The position numbers were made by a program, and so were the translations under genes. A stretch of 64,000 bases of DNA from positions 1,499-65,498 of the forward strand of contig JBGPJZ010000002.1 of assembly GCA_041485695.1 (NCBI GenBank). Direction: 5' to 3'. The first letter of the stretch is position 1, and each line of letters starts with the position of its first letter. This DNA comes from Minisyncoccia bacterium. Lineage in GTDB: Bacteria > Patescibacteriota > Minisyncoccia > Phycocordibacterales > Phycocordibacteraceae. Under the pieces are notes generated by a model, which saw only the letters and a list, made by a program, of their open reading frames with translations, was not told where the DNA came from and did no database searches. Positions 63,510 through 64,000 of this stretch are shown here, piece by piece.

Positions 63510-64000
63510 CGACGAGAATTGCGGCGGCGGCCTTTTGTACGAGATTCGGGAGCGAGAGATCCTCGCGGCCGAGGCGCGGGATGAACGTGGTAAGCAAGAT
63601 GCCGAAGAAGAAGACGAATAAGGTCGTCGTCGAAGAGATGGCGGAGATGAGCGCGACAGGGACGAAGAGCGACGCGTAGCGGACGCCGAGCCCGCCGCCG
63701 AGGTTGATGAGCTCATTTGCCGCATTGACGCCGATGACCGGCCCCGGATGCTGTTGGAAGAGTGCGGTGAACTCGCGGAAGTAGGCCGGTACGAGGAGGA
63801 TGCCTACGCCGAAAACCGCTTCGCCGACGAAGGTCCAAAAGATGGTCGCCCAGAAGCTATCTTCGAGCGCGAAGAACTTGAAAAGGACGGCGGCGAGGGC
63901 GAGGATGAAGGTGCACCAGAGCATCCGCATAAGGAGCGGCATCTTGCACCTAAAACAGTCGATAAACGAATCAGCCGATATCGTGAGCGCACCGACGATG
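63481..64000 (-). CDS. Polytopic membrane protein, C-terminal part (possibly EamA/DMT-type transporter); open to window end
   Basis: Five or more TM helices. The frame stays open upstream of the first Met to position 64000, so the N-terminus probably lies outside the window. Confidence 0.35.
   Translation of the reverse strand, partial: IVGALTISADSFIDCFRCKMPLLMRMLWCTFILALAAVLFKFFALEDSFWATIFWTFVGEAVFGVGILLVPAYFREFTALFQQHPGPVIGVNAANELINLGGGLGVRYASLFVPVALISAISSTTTLFVFFFGILLTTFIPRLGREDLSLPNLVQKAAAAILVAIGVWLANQ

Overview
This is a gene-dense ~64 kb bacterial chromosomal segment, mostly coding on the minus strand, that reads cleanly in the standard genetic code. The sequence is high-GC by eye, except for a visibly AT-richer block at roughly 17.5-27.9 kb; neither figure was computed. 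Recognisable housekeeping genes are typA (partial), pyrG, ftsE/ftsX, a MacB-like ABC pair, prfB, gatC/gatA, ligA, purQ and a purS-purL fusion. There are five canonical tRNAs (Gln-CTG, Thr-CGT, Thr-GGT, Asp-GTC, Ser-GCT) and one atypical tRNA-like gene with a CAT anticodon. A complete type IV pilus locus with no secretin sits at 37-49 kb: pilM, pilN, pilO, pilB, a receiver-only response regulator, pilT, pilC, three tandem major pilins, pilD and four minor pilins, flanked by comFC. Together with scavenging-type secreted enzymes (an LCAT-like lipase and a GH18 hydrolase), this gene content suggests a Patescibacteria/CPR-like cell; this is an inference, not verified. Accessory content includes the lower-GC block, which carries a histidine kinase, GT2, a DUF397 protein and a three-gene nitroreductase/E1-like/PaaK-like cassette resembling peptide-modification machinery. 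It also includes a flavin-transfer module (FMN-binding protein with an ApbE flavinylation motif, ApbE, and a membrane FNR-like reductase). The feature I consider most unusual is a minus-strand operon at 50.2-58.3 kb. It encodes one PPDK/PEP-synthase-type ATP-grasp domain and five paralogous modules of an unknown ~350-aa domain plus a PEP-utilising phosphohistidine domain, one of them fused to an XRE-type HTH. A SixA-like phosphohistidine phosphatase is transcribed divergently from it across a palindrome-bearing promoter region. No CRISPR array, rRNA or clear transposase/integrase was seen. All family assignments rest on motifs read by eye; no searches could be run.
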